Origin: Candidatus Bathyarchaeota archaeon
Lineage (GTDB): Archaea; Thermoproteota; Bathyarchaeia; Bathyarchaeales; Bathycorpusculaceae
Reading direction: 5' to 3'
Length of the DNA: 64,000 nucleotides
Assembly: GCA_963768425.1 (NCBI GenBank)
Contig: CAVYHV010000006.1
Span: 256,129 to 320,128 of the forward strand
Shown here piece after piece: positions 41,313-50,350 of this stretch. The position numbers and the translations under genes are program-made. Position 1 is the stretch's first letter; the number at the start of each line of letters is the position of its first letter. Under the pieces are notes generated by a model. The model was not told the origin of the DNA and did not search any database. It was given only the letters and a program-made list of their open reading frames with translations.

Positions 41313-43750
41313 GTTCACCACAAAATCCTAAACCAGCATGCCCAAAACCTGAAGAATTACGCGTCGGCGTTTTCGTATGTGACTGCGGATTAAACATAGC
41401 TGGCACAGTAGACGTAAAATCAGTCGTCGAGTACGCCAAAACAATACCTGACGTAGTCTTCACCAAGGAGAACCGATACACCTGCGCTGACCCAGGACAG
41501 GAAGAAATCCGCAAAGCTATTCGAGAACAGAAACTGAACCGTGTCGTCATCGCAGCTTGCTCGCCTAGAATGCATGAACCCACCTTCAGACGCACAGTTG
41601 CCGAGGCAGGCTTAAACTCGTTCGTCTATGAGATGGCTAACATCAGGGAGTTTGCTTCATGGTGTCACCAAAGTGACCCGAAAGGCGCGACGGAACGGGC
41701 CAAAGACGCAGTTCGCATGGCAGTTGCAAAGGTACGCTTGATGCAGCCCCTGCAGACAATTGAGGTGCCTGTCACAAACAAGGCGCTCATCATCGGGGGC
41801 GGAATCGCAGGCATGAATGCTGCTTTGGACCTGGCGGAAATGGGTTTCAAAGTTTACATGCTTGAAAATAGCCAGAGCATCGGCGGGCACATGGCAGCCT
41901 TAGATAAAACCTTCCCAACGCTTGATTGCAGCATTTGTATTGAAGGACCAAAAATGGTGGATTGCGGACGCCATCCGAACATAACGATTTTTGCTAACTC
42001 GGAGCTTGTTAAAGTTGACGGTTACATCGGCAACTTCAAAGCGAAGATTCGCAAGAACCCACGCTACGTCGATCCCAGCAAATGCACAGGATGCGGAGAA
42101 TGCAAAGACGCTTGCCCAATAGAATATCCGAACGAGTGGGACATGAACCTTGGCACAAGAAAAGCAATTTCTGTGCCGTTTGACCAAACAGTCCCGTTGA
42201 TTTACTCAATTAATAAGGATTACTGCATTGAATGCTTCAAGTGCCAAGACGCCTGCGGCGATCGACAAGCCATAGACTTCAACCAGAAGCCTGAGGAGGT
42301 CGACATCGACATCGGAGCAATAATTGTTTCCACGGGTTTTGACGTTTACCTACCCTATGACATGCCGCTTCTCGGCTATGGAAAATACCCCAACGTTATC
42401 ACCAGCATGGAGTTTGAACGGCTGATTTTGGCTGCTGGACCGACAGGCGGAAAAGTGATTCGGCAATCCGACGGTCAAAAACCCCATAAAATCGCGTTTA
42501 TCCAGTGCGTTGGCAGCCGGGATAAGAACAAGTACCCGTATTGTAGCAACTTTTGCTGCATGTACACGCTCAAGCACGTGGTTCAAATCAAGGAGAAGTA
42601 CAAGGAAGACGTGGAAGTGTACGTTTTCTACATGGACATCCGAAGCCCAGGAAAAGGCTACGAAGAATTCTACGACCGTGCAAGAGAGCGAGGCGTAAAC
42701 TTCATCCGCGGACGGGTAAGCCGCATTGACGAAGACCCAGCCACGCATAACCTGACAGTTCACTCCGAAGACTCACTCCTCGGCGTACCCATCGAAGTCG
42801 AAGCGGATATGGTCGTTCTCGCTACAGCAGCGATACCCAAAAAAGGCTCAGAAGAAATCGCGCGAATACTAAACCTGTCGCGCGGTTCAGACGGCTTCTT
42901 CATGGAAGCTCACCCTAAACTTAAACCGATGGATGCACCCACCGACGGGGTTTTCTACGCTGGCGCATGCGTAGGCTTAAAAGATATACCTTTCAGCGTT
43001 TCACAGGGAAGCGGCGCCGCCTCACGAGCAGCAACCGTCATTAGCAAACCAAAATGGAAGATAGAGCCAATCATCTCCGTAGTCGACGAAAGCAAATGCA
43101 AAAGCTGCGGAGTCTGCGTTGACAAATGCCCCTACGGAGCAATTAGGCTGGAAAAGCCAAAACCAGCGCAAATAATCACCGCTAGCTGCCACGGATGTGG
43201 AACATGCGTCGCCGAATGTCCGCAGCATGCGATAACCCAGATGCACTTCACCGATGCTCAAATCATGGCTCAAATACGAGCGGCTCTTGAAGACAAGCCT
43301 GAAGAAAAAATCCTTGCTATCCTCTGCAATTGGTGCAGCTACGCTGGAGCGGATCTTGCTGGGATCAGCCGTTTCGATTACCCATCAAGTGTTAGGGCTA
43401 TCCGTGTTATGTGCAGCGGTAGGGTTGCGCGGGAATTCATTTTGGAGGCACTGAGGCTTGGCGCGGGAATGGTTCTTATCGGTGCATGTCACTTGCCTTA
43501 TGACTGTCACTACATCAGCGGAAACTATAAGATGAAAGCGCGAACGGACGCTCTTAAAGGAATGCTGACCAAGCTGGGATTGAGTCCTGAACGATTCCGA
43601 GTTGAATATGTTTCTGCAGCTGAAGGCATACGTTATGCTGAAGTCATTAAGGAAATAGATGAACAACGAAAAGCCCTTGGCAAAGAAAAGATTCAAGCGG
43701 AAAACGCAAAGCTAAAGCCAATCTTGGAAAACATGCTGAAGAAAAAGTAG
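41309..43750 (+). CDS. hdrA: Heterodisulfide reductase A fused to C-terminal MvhD-like [2Fe-2S] domain
   Basis: GVFVCDCG, ACSP, NIRE, IGGGIAG, KTFPTLDC, QCVGSR, CCMY; C-terminal CNWCSYAGAD, RVMCSGR, CHY; ATG 41309 overlaps upstream stop (ATGA). Confidence 0.93.
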   Translation: MSSPQNPKPACPKPEELRVGVFVCDCGLNIAGTVDVKSVVEYAKTIPDVVFTKENRYTCADPGQEEIRKAIREQKLNRVVIAACSPRMHEPTFRRTVAEAGLNSFVYEMANIREFASWCHQSDPKGATERAKDAVRMAVAKVRLMQPLQTIEVPVTNKALIIGGGIAGMNAALDLAEMGFKVYMLENSQSIGGHMAALDKTFPTLDCSICIEGPKMVDCGRHPNITIFANSELVKVDGYIGNFKAKIRKNPRYVDPSKCTGCGECKDACPIEYPNEWDMNLGTRKAISVPFDQTVPLIYSINKDYCIECFKCQDACGDRQAIDFNQKPEEVDIDIGAIIVSTGFDVYLPYDMPLLGYGKYPNVITSMEFERLILAAGPTGGKVIRQSDGQKPHKIAFIQCVGSRDKNKYPYCSNFCCMYTLKHVVQIKEKYKEDVEVYVFYMDIRSPGKGYEEFYDRARERGVNFIRGRVSRIDEDPATHNLTVHSEDSLLGVPIEVEADMVVLATAAIPKKGSEEIARILNLSRGSDGFFMEAHPKLKPMDAPTDGVFYAGACVGLKDIPFSVSQGSGAASRAATVISKPKWKIEPIISVVDESKCKSCGVCVDKCPYGAIRLEKPKPAQIITASCHGCGTCVAECPQHAITQMHFTDAQIMAQIRAALEDKPEEKILAILCNWCSYAGADLAGISRFDYPSSVRAIRVMCSGRVAREFILEALRLGAGMVLIGACHLPYDCHYISGNYKMKARTDALKGMLTKLGLSPERFRVEYVSAAEGIRYAEVIKEIDEQRKALGKEKIQAENAKLKPILENMLKKK

Positions 43751-43752
43751 CC

Positions 43753-43926
43753 TTATTTGCTTGCTTTTCTGAACCATACTAACCCAATCACGACAACGGC
43801 TGCAGCTGCCAAAACAGCCACAGGATTAATGCTTTGAAGTATCGCGTAGCTTTCCGCGAAAAGCGCCGCCATAGTTACGAATGAAACAATGATTATGGTG
43901 CTTACGGCGATGGTCTTATGGCTCAT
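43753..43926 (-). CDS. 57-aa two-TM membrane microprotein (absent from ORF track)
   Basis: MSHKTIAVSTIIIVSFVTMAALFAESYAILQSINPVAVLAAAAVVVIGLVWFRKASK*. Confidence 0.6.
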   Translation of the reverse strand: MSHKTIAVSTIIIVSFVTMAALFAESYAILQSINPVAVLAAAAVVVIGLVWFRKASK

Positions 43927-44083
43927 TTTTTGTCCCTTGTCTTCTGTGCAATAATTAAGAATGAAGTTTTTTGATTTAATGCTACGTATTAGAACAGGGT
44001 GTTCAGATAGTAGGACGGGGTGCGCCCAGAAATCTTTGAAACAAGAAAAATTTGTTTAATATACGGTTAAAAGAGAAATGAGC

Positions 44084-44383
44084 TTAGTCTTCTTCCTCGC
44101 CGGTTATTCTTTCTTTCACTTTGAGAAGGTTTTCTTCGCCGCCTATCACTCTGAACTGCTCTGTCAAGTTGTGCTTGTGCAGAAACTTCTTAACAGTGAC
44201 TCGAATGTATTTCTTGCTCAATGCTTCGCCTTGCCCTTTAATCGTAACGACCTCTGATGCGAGGGATACTTCTCCGCCTGTTTTGTCCTTAAGGAAATCT
44301 GACAGTTTGGAAATCAAATCCTTCTCGTCACTTTTAAGTTCCGACGCGTCAACCTTCATTTCAACAGTTTTCGTTTCAACCAT
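44084..44383 (-). CDS. rpl22e: Ribosomal protein eL22 (L22e) homologue
   Basis: LSKKYIRVTVKKFLHKHNLTEQFRV matches eL22 [25 protein letters not shown]; acidic tail EEED; GAGGTGA RBS upstream. Confidence 0.78.
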   Translation of the reverse strand: MVETKTVEMKVDASELKSDEKDLISKLSDFLKDKTGGEVSLASEVVTIKGQGEALSKKYIRVTVKKFLHKHNLTEQFRVIGGEENLLKVKERITGEEED

Positions 44384-44511
44384 TTTTGATTCACCTCGAT
44401 TACGTCCGCCTAAAGCTTTAGTTTAACCATCCACTTCACGGATGCTTCACAGATAAGTTTTCCGCTGCCAACAAGGCAACATACTCGAAAAACCGCTGAA
44501 AAAGTAGCTTT

Positions 44512-45297
44512 TTACTCGCTTTTTCTGTCTCTTGTGAAATATGCGAAGAAAATGGCTAGCCTGTCAATCGGGTAGAAGAGCAGCATGGAGTAAGTTCGGG
44601 TCTTGCGGACAACATCTAAAGCACGGATTGGGCTGTGAACGAATATTTTGAAGCAGCCAACTTTCTGGCTTCTAGTGTAGCTGGGCAACGACAGCATGTG
44701 GATTCTCATGTCATGCTGGACGGTTTGCGCAAGGCTAGCTCTTGTTATATGGTCAGAGACGACGTCGCACATGACTACCCACTGATACCCGTCCCGCGCC
44801 ATCTTTCTAGGGCTCCCTGACTCGTCGAAACCAAATTTCCGCACTGTGTCAGTTCGGCAGAGGTTGTTGTCAACGCTGCGTTTGTCGCTTCTTCGCGCGT
44901 ACTCGTAGGCGTCGAGCTTGCGCAACCTCGGCTCCGTGGAGAGCCTGATGCCCTGAACGACACCGACATGAGGGTCCATCATAGTTTCGGAGGCTCGTTG
45001 CCACCAGCGGCGGCTCAAAAGAACATCATGCTCAAAACAGGCGAATGTGGGCGTCGATACAAGGCTAAGCGCGTTCTGCTTGTTGTCCTGCAGCCCCCTT
45101 CCACTGTTGACGTGGACTGCCCAACCTAGCTCTCGGGCAATTTTAGTAGTCTCGTCGGTGCTGTGATCGTCGCTGATGATTTTTTTGCCGATGTGTTCTG
45201 TGGGAATAACTTCATTAATTCGTTGAAGCACCATTGGCAGAAGCTTGGCGCTGTTGTAAGTCCACATAATCAAGTCGATTTTGCCGTTTTCCGCCAT
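44512..45297 (-). CDS. GT2/GT-A family glycosyltransferase
   Basis: LIMWTYNS, SDDHSTDET, FEHD (DxD-like). Confidence 0.8.
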   Translation of the reverse strand: MAENGKIDLIMWTYNSAKLLPMVLQRINEVIPTEHIGKKIISDDHSTDETTKIARELGWAVHVNSGRGLQDNKQNALSLVSTPTFACFEHDVLLSRRWWQRASETMMDPHVGVVQGIRLSTEPRLRKLDAYEYARRSDKRSVDNNLCRTDTVRKFGFDESGSPRKMARDGYQWVVMCDVVSDHITRASLAQTVQHDMRIHMLSLPSYTRSQKVGCFKIFVHSPIRALDVVRKTRTYSMLLFYPIDRLAIFFAYFTRDRKSE

Positions 45298-45436
45298 CTG
45301 TAAGAATTACCTGCCAACGTTTTGGGGTTTACACAAGGGACAATTTATAGCAAAGGCAAAAAAGATGTATTTAATAGTTGCTAAACGTTCGCTGGCTGAG
45401 CAGGTTTTCCCTCTTTAGATTTGTTTGCAAAACAAA

Positions 45437-45867
45437 GTGGACTACAAGAGTCAATTGCAAATGAGAAAGCATGTAGACTTTGGCGATAAAGTTTCGAACA
45501 AAGGAAAAAACTCGGTCAAGTGCTTTCTCTCCTTCTCATCTGGAGTTACGTTTTTCGTCAGTTCGCCCGTCGAGTCAATATCACCGCAATAGCTCAGTGA
45601 CTCTAGTGCTCATCATCCTAAGACTGGATGCACATCAGAGCTTAAGGCTTTTACGCAATAGAGTTGGAGCTGCAGAACGAAACTGTTTTATTTTTTCAGT
45701 GGACACTATTTCCTGGTGCATTCAAGGAGGAGCAGGTGCGGAAAGTGATTAGGGCTTCTGATTAAATGCGTCCTGTCGCGATGATTCTGGTGGGGTACCC
45801 TGGCGAAGCGCCTGAAGCTAGAGGCAGATGATCGTTAAGCGAGATAATGCATAAGGAAACCTTTTGA
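45437..45867 (+). pseudogene. Decayed nitroreductase gene
   Basis: 45715-45867 reads GAFKEEQVRKVIRASD*MRPVAMILVGYPGEAPEARGR*SLSEIMHKETF*, the typical nitroreductase C-terminus with 2 internal stops; possible N-terminal remnant near 45437. Confidence 0.72.
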
Positions 45868-46006
45868 TCTGCTTGAACAGTCAAATGAACCCCAAAAGTA
45901 AAGAGCTCTAACAGAAAAAGAATATATGACTTAGACACCAATCTCTTGGAAAAGGTGCTGGTGAAATAATACGGCTTCGTCAAACGCGGAAGAAAACAAT
46001 AACGAA

Positions 46007-47113
46007 ATGGTTGTTACTCCTTGGGAAGTTAAAGGCAAAGTGGATTATGAACGCTTAATTCGCGAGTTCGGCACCCAATCAATCACACCTGAATTGCTCC
46101 GGAAAATAGAAACCCACACCGACAAACTTCATCTGCAGCTTGAAAGACGCATATTCTTCAGCCACCGCGACCTCGACACTGTGCTTGACCTTTACGACAA
46201 AGGCGTCAAATTCGTCCTTTACACCGGTAGAGGACCCTCAGGGCCAGTCCATATCGGGCACCTTGTTCCATGGATCTTCACTCTTCACATTCAACAAAAA
46301 TTCAACACGCGGCTTTATTTCCAGATGACGGACGACGAAAAATTCCTGATAGATGACGACGCCAACCTCAAGGAAACAGGAAAGTTCGCCTACGAAAACG
46401 CATTGGACCTAATCGCGTTGGGGTTTAAACCCGAAAATACATTCATAATTTACGACACAAAGGACATTGACTTGCTCTATGACATAACTCTTGAAGTTGC
46501 TAAGCGCATCACATATAGCACTGCACGCAGCAGCTTCGGCTTCCAAGACAGCACAAACATCGGCTGGGTCATGTGGCCAGCTATCCAAGCCGCCCCATGT
46601 TTCTTGCATAAGAAACTCACAGGTGAAAATGTTCCAGCACTCATCCCGGCAGCCATCGACCAAGACCCCTACTGGCGAGTAACCCGAGACATAGCCCAGA
46701 AACTCGGCTACTATAAACCTGCGCAGATCCACTGCCGTTTCCTACCTGGACTTGGTGCAGGCGGAAAAATGAGCGCCAGTATGCCTGAAACAAGCATATT
46801 CACTATGGATCCGCCGGACGTGGTTAAGAAAAAGATTTGGAACGCGTTCACAGGCGGCAAAGGAACCGCAGCAGAGCAGCGGAAAACAGGCGCTGACTCC
46901 ACAGTCTGCAGCATCTTCCAATACTACTTCTACCTGTTCGAAGAAGACAGCGACAAACTGGCGGAGCGGGAGCGCAGATGCAGAGGCGGCGAAATACTAT
47001 GCGGCGAATGCAAAAAAGACATAGCGGAAAAAATCAACAAGTTCCTCGAAGCCCACAGAGAACGACGGGAAAAAGCCAGAGACGTCATCGAACAATATCA
47101 CATAAAACGTTAA
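46007..47113 (+). CDS. trpS: Tryptophanyl-tRNA synthetase (archaeal/eukaryotic type)
   Basis: VTPW, YTGRGPS, HIGH, AIDQDPY, KMSAS, AFTGG. Confidence 0.96.
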   Translation: MVVTPWEVKGKVDYERLIREFGTQSITPELLRKIETHTDKLHLQLERRIFFSHRDLDTVLDLYDKGVKFVLYTGRGPSGPVHIGHLVPWIFTLHIQQKFNTRLYFQMTDDEKFLIDDDANLKETGKFAYENALDLIALGFKPENTFIIYDTKDIDLLYDITLEVAKRITYSTARSSFGFQDSTNIGWVMWPAIQAAPCFLHKKLTGENVPALIPAAIDQDPYWRVTRDIAQKLGYYKPAQIHCRFLPGLGAGGKMSASMPETSIFTMDPPDVVKKKIWNAFTGGKGTAAEQRKTGADSTVCSIFQYYFYLFEEDSDKLAERERRCRGGEILCGECKKDIAEKINKFLEAHRERREKARDVIEQYHIKR

Positions 47114-47487
47114 CTTTTTTTTGAAAAAATTTCTTGTATATGCTAAAATTGAACCTGCAGGTTCAAAATTTGAACTATTTTAAGCGGAACGAGGGTTAGT
47201 TTGGGCTTGAATTTGTAAATGTAACCTGAAAAGGGGGTTGGAGGGCTATGTATTTTGAACTAGTTTGATGTTGAAGCGGATCAGGTTTGAACCAACTGCA
47301 TGTTGAATACATTGAGAATTTGCGTGTTGGTTGCAGCGGTTTTTGGTTTTTTTCGGAAGCGTTGAATTGTGAGCAGGATTTTTTCTGTTTTGTCAAGTTT
47401 TTTCGGGCTTTTGTGTTTTATCGCAGTTCTTTCTCTTTTTCAAACTACCCTTGACGCAAAGTGGACAAACTCTCTGCTGAATCCTGC

Positions 47488-47907
47488 TCAAGGATACCAG
47501 GTGTAGTGTGTGGCTGACCGTTTTCTCGTGAGTGACCCCCCGATGAGACCGGCAACCGTCGAGACGATGGTTCCCAAAGCTGCTAAAACGCCGCCTATAA
47601 CATCTATGGCTGTCCCCACCAAGCTGCCGAAAGATCCATGGATAATAAGGCTGAAAAACCCTCCAAGTAGCGATGCGCCCACGAGGGCAAACGCCACAAT
47701 TACTGCTGCGCCAAGCAATCCCGCCAGCAAGCCCGATGTTAAGCCACGGATGACTCCTCTCGAAATCGCTCCAGCCGCAAACCCGCCGAGGAACATGCCT
47801 ATTAAAACGCCGACAAAAGGCAAGAGAAAGCCAAGAGGCACCCCAATCACCAAAGACAAAACAAAGCCTACCAAAGCGCCAACCAGAACCTGACCAATTA
47901 CACCCAT
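47488..47907 (-). CDS. Gly-rich membrane protein (DUF5518-like)
   Basis: 4 Gly-rich TM helices, GGFAAG and GLIGG motifs. Confidence 0.72.
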   Translation of the reverse strand: MGVIGQVLVGALVGFVLSLVIGVPLGFLLPFVGVLIGMFLGGFAAGAISRGVIRGLTSGLLAGLLGAAVIVAFALVGASLLGGFFSLIIHGSFGSLVGTAIDVIGGVLAALGTIVSTVAGLIGGSLTRKRSATHYTWYP

Positions 47908-48035
47908 TTAAACACCAACTTTAAGCGTAAAGATAATTTTAAGATAAAGCCTTTTCCCAAACAAACCAGTTTATTGCGTCTTTAAAAAGGAAAAGAGAAA
48001 TAAGCGAATCTGACCAAATGATTTTGTACTAAAAG

Positions 48036-48596
48036 GTGACTTATTTGTCCGCAAAAACTCAAGTGAACATTTCTTCAGCCTACAGGCTGCTTCATCCAAT
48101 GCACACAGTTCTGGTTTCATGCGTCGGAAAAGCAGGCAAACCCAACATAACAACGCTTGCGTGGGCGATGCCGACCTCAATCAAGCCGGCGCTTGTAGCC
48201 ATAAGCCTTGCGCCAACACGCCATTCATACACGCTGATAACGGAGTCAGGCGACTTCGTGGTAAACATCCCCACGTTGGAAATACTGCAAGCTGTCTACG
48301 CCTGTGGCTCATTGACCGGAAGAAGCTTTGACAAATTCAAGAAAACAAACCTAACGCCGATGCCCGCTAAAAAGGTAAAGGCGCCAGCTATCCGCGAATG
48401 CATAGCGCACCTCGAATGCACCGTCCAAGACAAATTCACTACAGGCGACCACACAGTTTTCGTCGGCGAAATCGTTGAAGCCTACGCTGACACAGGCGTA
48501 TTTGCTGAAAGCTATGATTTGAAAAAAGCCCGCGTGCTCTACCATTTGGGCGGCAACAACTTCGCTGTGCTTGACCCTAAAACCTACAAGCCATAA
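48036..48596 (+). CDS. Flavin reductase-like FMN-binding protein
   Basis: PNITTLAW, FVVNIP, CGSLTGR..DKF, AHLEC, GDHTVFVGEI. Confidence 0.9.
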   Translation: MTYLSAKTQVNISSAYRLLHPMHTVLVSCVGKAGKPNITTLAWAMPTSIKPALVAISLAPTRHSYTLITESGDFVVNIPTLEILQAVYACGSLTGRSFDKFKKTNLTPMPAKKVKAPAIRECIAHLECTVQDKFTTGDHTVFVGEIVEAYADTGVFAESYDLKKARVLYHLGGNNFAVLDPKTYKP

Positions 48597-48694
48597 GGCC
48601 CACAAGGCGGTTGTACCTAATTTTCTTGGAGCCTTCGGCACTGGGTTACGCATTTAAGCATCAAATGCGTTATCCCAACGCAGCAAAAAAGTGA

Positions 48695-49606
48695 GTGGAA
48701 ATGGCATACGACAGCGAAGAAATTGAAAAATTCCGTTTGTCAGGACGAATTCTGCGTGAAACAAGAGAAGAAATGAGAGCAAACGTTAAAGAAAACATGC
48801 TGGTAATCGATGTCTGTGAAAAAACAGAGGGGGTGATCCGCGCTAAAGGCGGCAAACCTGCTTTTCCCTGCAACGTCAGTATAAACGAGGTAACTGCACA
48901 TTACACTTCACCGCCTGGCGATGTGTCGCGAATTCCTGAAGGTTCCACGGTTAAGGTTGACCTAGGTGTTCAAGTAGATGGTTACGTCACCGACACCGCG
49001 TTCACAGTAGCCTTCAACCCTGAGGGCAGGTCAATGACCAGTACTGCAGAGCAGGCTTTAAAAACAGCTATCGAAAACATCCACGGAGGTATGTCCGTGG
49101 GAAGAATCGGTGGCTTAATAGAAGGCACGATTAGAAACCGCGGGTTCAAACCCATCTCAAACCTAACAGGGCACTCGGTGGGCAGATACTTGATTCATGC
49201 TGGTCTATCTATTCCCAACGTGTCTGAAACCGTTTCGCTTGCCAAAGTCAAAGCAGGAGAAGTCTATGCCATCGAGCCATTCGTTACTCTTCCTGAAGCG
49301 GTTGGTCGCGTTGATGACAGCCCGCAGTCAACCATTTACCGGCTTCTTAAAGCAAAATCCGTTAAAACGGAATCTGCAAAAAAACTACTCAAGTACATCG
49401 AGGCCAATTTTAGGACGTTGCCATTTGCTGAAAGATGGCTAATCGGAGTAGTTCCCACAGAGCAACATACGGCGGCGTTCAAGGAGTTGCTTTCTTCAAA
49501 AGCAATAATGAAATATCCCGTTTTTGTTGAAGTGAGCCGGAAACCCGTTGCCCAAGCCGAACACACGGTACTGTTGACTGAAGACAGCTGCGAAGTCTTA
49601 ACTTAG
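48695..49606 (+). CDS. map: Methionine aminopeptidase type II
   Basis: AFPCNVSINEVTAHY, KVDLGVQVDGY..DTA, NLTGH, AIEPF, AQAEHT. Confidence 0.96.
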   Translation: MEMAYDSEEIEKFRLSGRILRETREEMRANVKENMLVIDVCEKTEGVIRAKGGKPAFPCNVSINEVTAHYTSPPGDVSRIPEGSTVKVDLGVQVDGYVTDTAFTVAFNPEGRSMTSTAEQALKTAIENIHGGMSVGRIGGLIEGTIRNRGFKPISNLTGHSVGRYLIHAGLSIPNVSETVSLAKVKAGEVYAIEPFVTLPEAVGRVDDSPQSTIYRLLKAKSVKTESAKKLLKYIEANFRTLPFAERWLIGVVPTEQHTAAFKELLSSKAIMKYPVFVEVSRKPVAQAEHTVLLTEDSCEVLT

Positions 49607-49615
49607 GCGGCCAAG

Positions 49616-49876
49616 ATGACGTCAACTGAAGGGTCAATCCTTTACGAACCTAAAAACATTGATGATCTCAAGGTTTTTTTGAAGGCTAACAAAGAAAAGT
49701 ACCATGAAATCTGGGTTGTGTTAATCAAGAAAGAGCATGCAAACCCACAGCCCGTTTCATTCACCGAGGCAGTCGGCGAAGCGATTGCACAGGGGCTTGT
49801 TGATAGCCGCACAAAAACTTTGGATAATATCAGGTATGCTGTTCGTTTTACAAAAAGGAAAAACAAAAAAGTTTAG
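49616..49876 (+). CDS. YdeI/OmpD-associated N-terminal-like small protein
   Basis: EIWVVLIKK...FTEAVGEAIAQGLVDS...YAVRFTKRK resembles YdeI N-terminal region. Confidence 0.65.
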   Translation: MTSTEGSILYEPKNIDDLKVFLKANKEKYHEIWVVLIKKEHANPQPVSFTEAVGEAIAQGLVDSRTKTLDNIRYAVRFTKRKNKKV

Positions 49877-49882
49877 GCTTTT

Positions 49883-50338
49883 TTAAACTGCGTATTTCTT
49901 TTCTTTGTCTTTGACTTCTTTGTAGATTGCTGTTATCATTTGTTTATTCGCGCATTTTTGGCATGGCGTGTCAAGTTCTTTGTAGACGTAGTCTCCGCGT
50001 TGGAATTCCCGCACTGTTTTTGCGTCGCATCCTACTCCGCTGCATCCTATTGTTGTCATTACTTTAGGAATTTCAATTTTCATTTCTGCTACCTGCCTCC
50101 TTGATTGGAATAGCGTGAAACTCGACATTGAGAGGGCGATTATGCCAATGACTGCGAGGACTCCTGCGGCTGCGTAGTCGCCTGATTGAGTTGAACCAGT
50201 TGTGGTTGTCCCGCTATAGTATAGGCTGGCTGCTAATATGAGTGCTATGGCGGCTAAGGCCATCACTACTACGACGATCATTGTTATGTAGTTTGAGATT
50301 TTTTTGGTTGATGCTGATGTTTGCTCGTTTTTTGCCAT
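49883..50338 (-). CDS. Membrane protein with C-terminal Zn ribbon
   Basis: 2 TM; C..C...REFQRGDYV...CQKC...ITAIY. Confidence 0.8.
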   Translation of the reverse strand: MAKNEQTSASTKKISNYITMIVVVVMALAAIALILAASLYYSGTTTTGSTQSGDYAAAGVLAVIGIIALSMSSFTLFQSRRQVAEMKIEIPKVMTTIGCSGVGCDAKTVREFQRGDYVYKELDTPCQKCANKQMITAIYKEVKDKEKKYAV

Positions 50339-50350
50339 TATTTTATCCTC

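Noticed and set aside
45480-45983. ORFs 45480-45752 and 45762-45983
   Set aside because: No protein-like features; better explained as off-frame or antisense readings of the nitroreductase pseudogene
47146-47320. Palindrome TTGAACCTGCAGGTTCAA and recurring TTGAA motifs after trpS; possible MITE
   Set aside because: No terminal inverted repeats with target duplication and no clear second copy; cannot be supported beyond noting it
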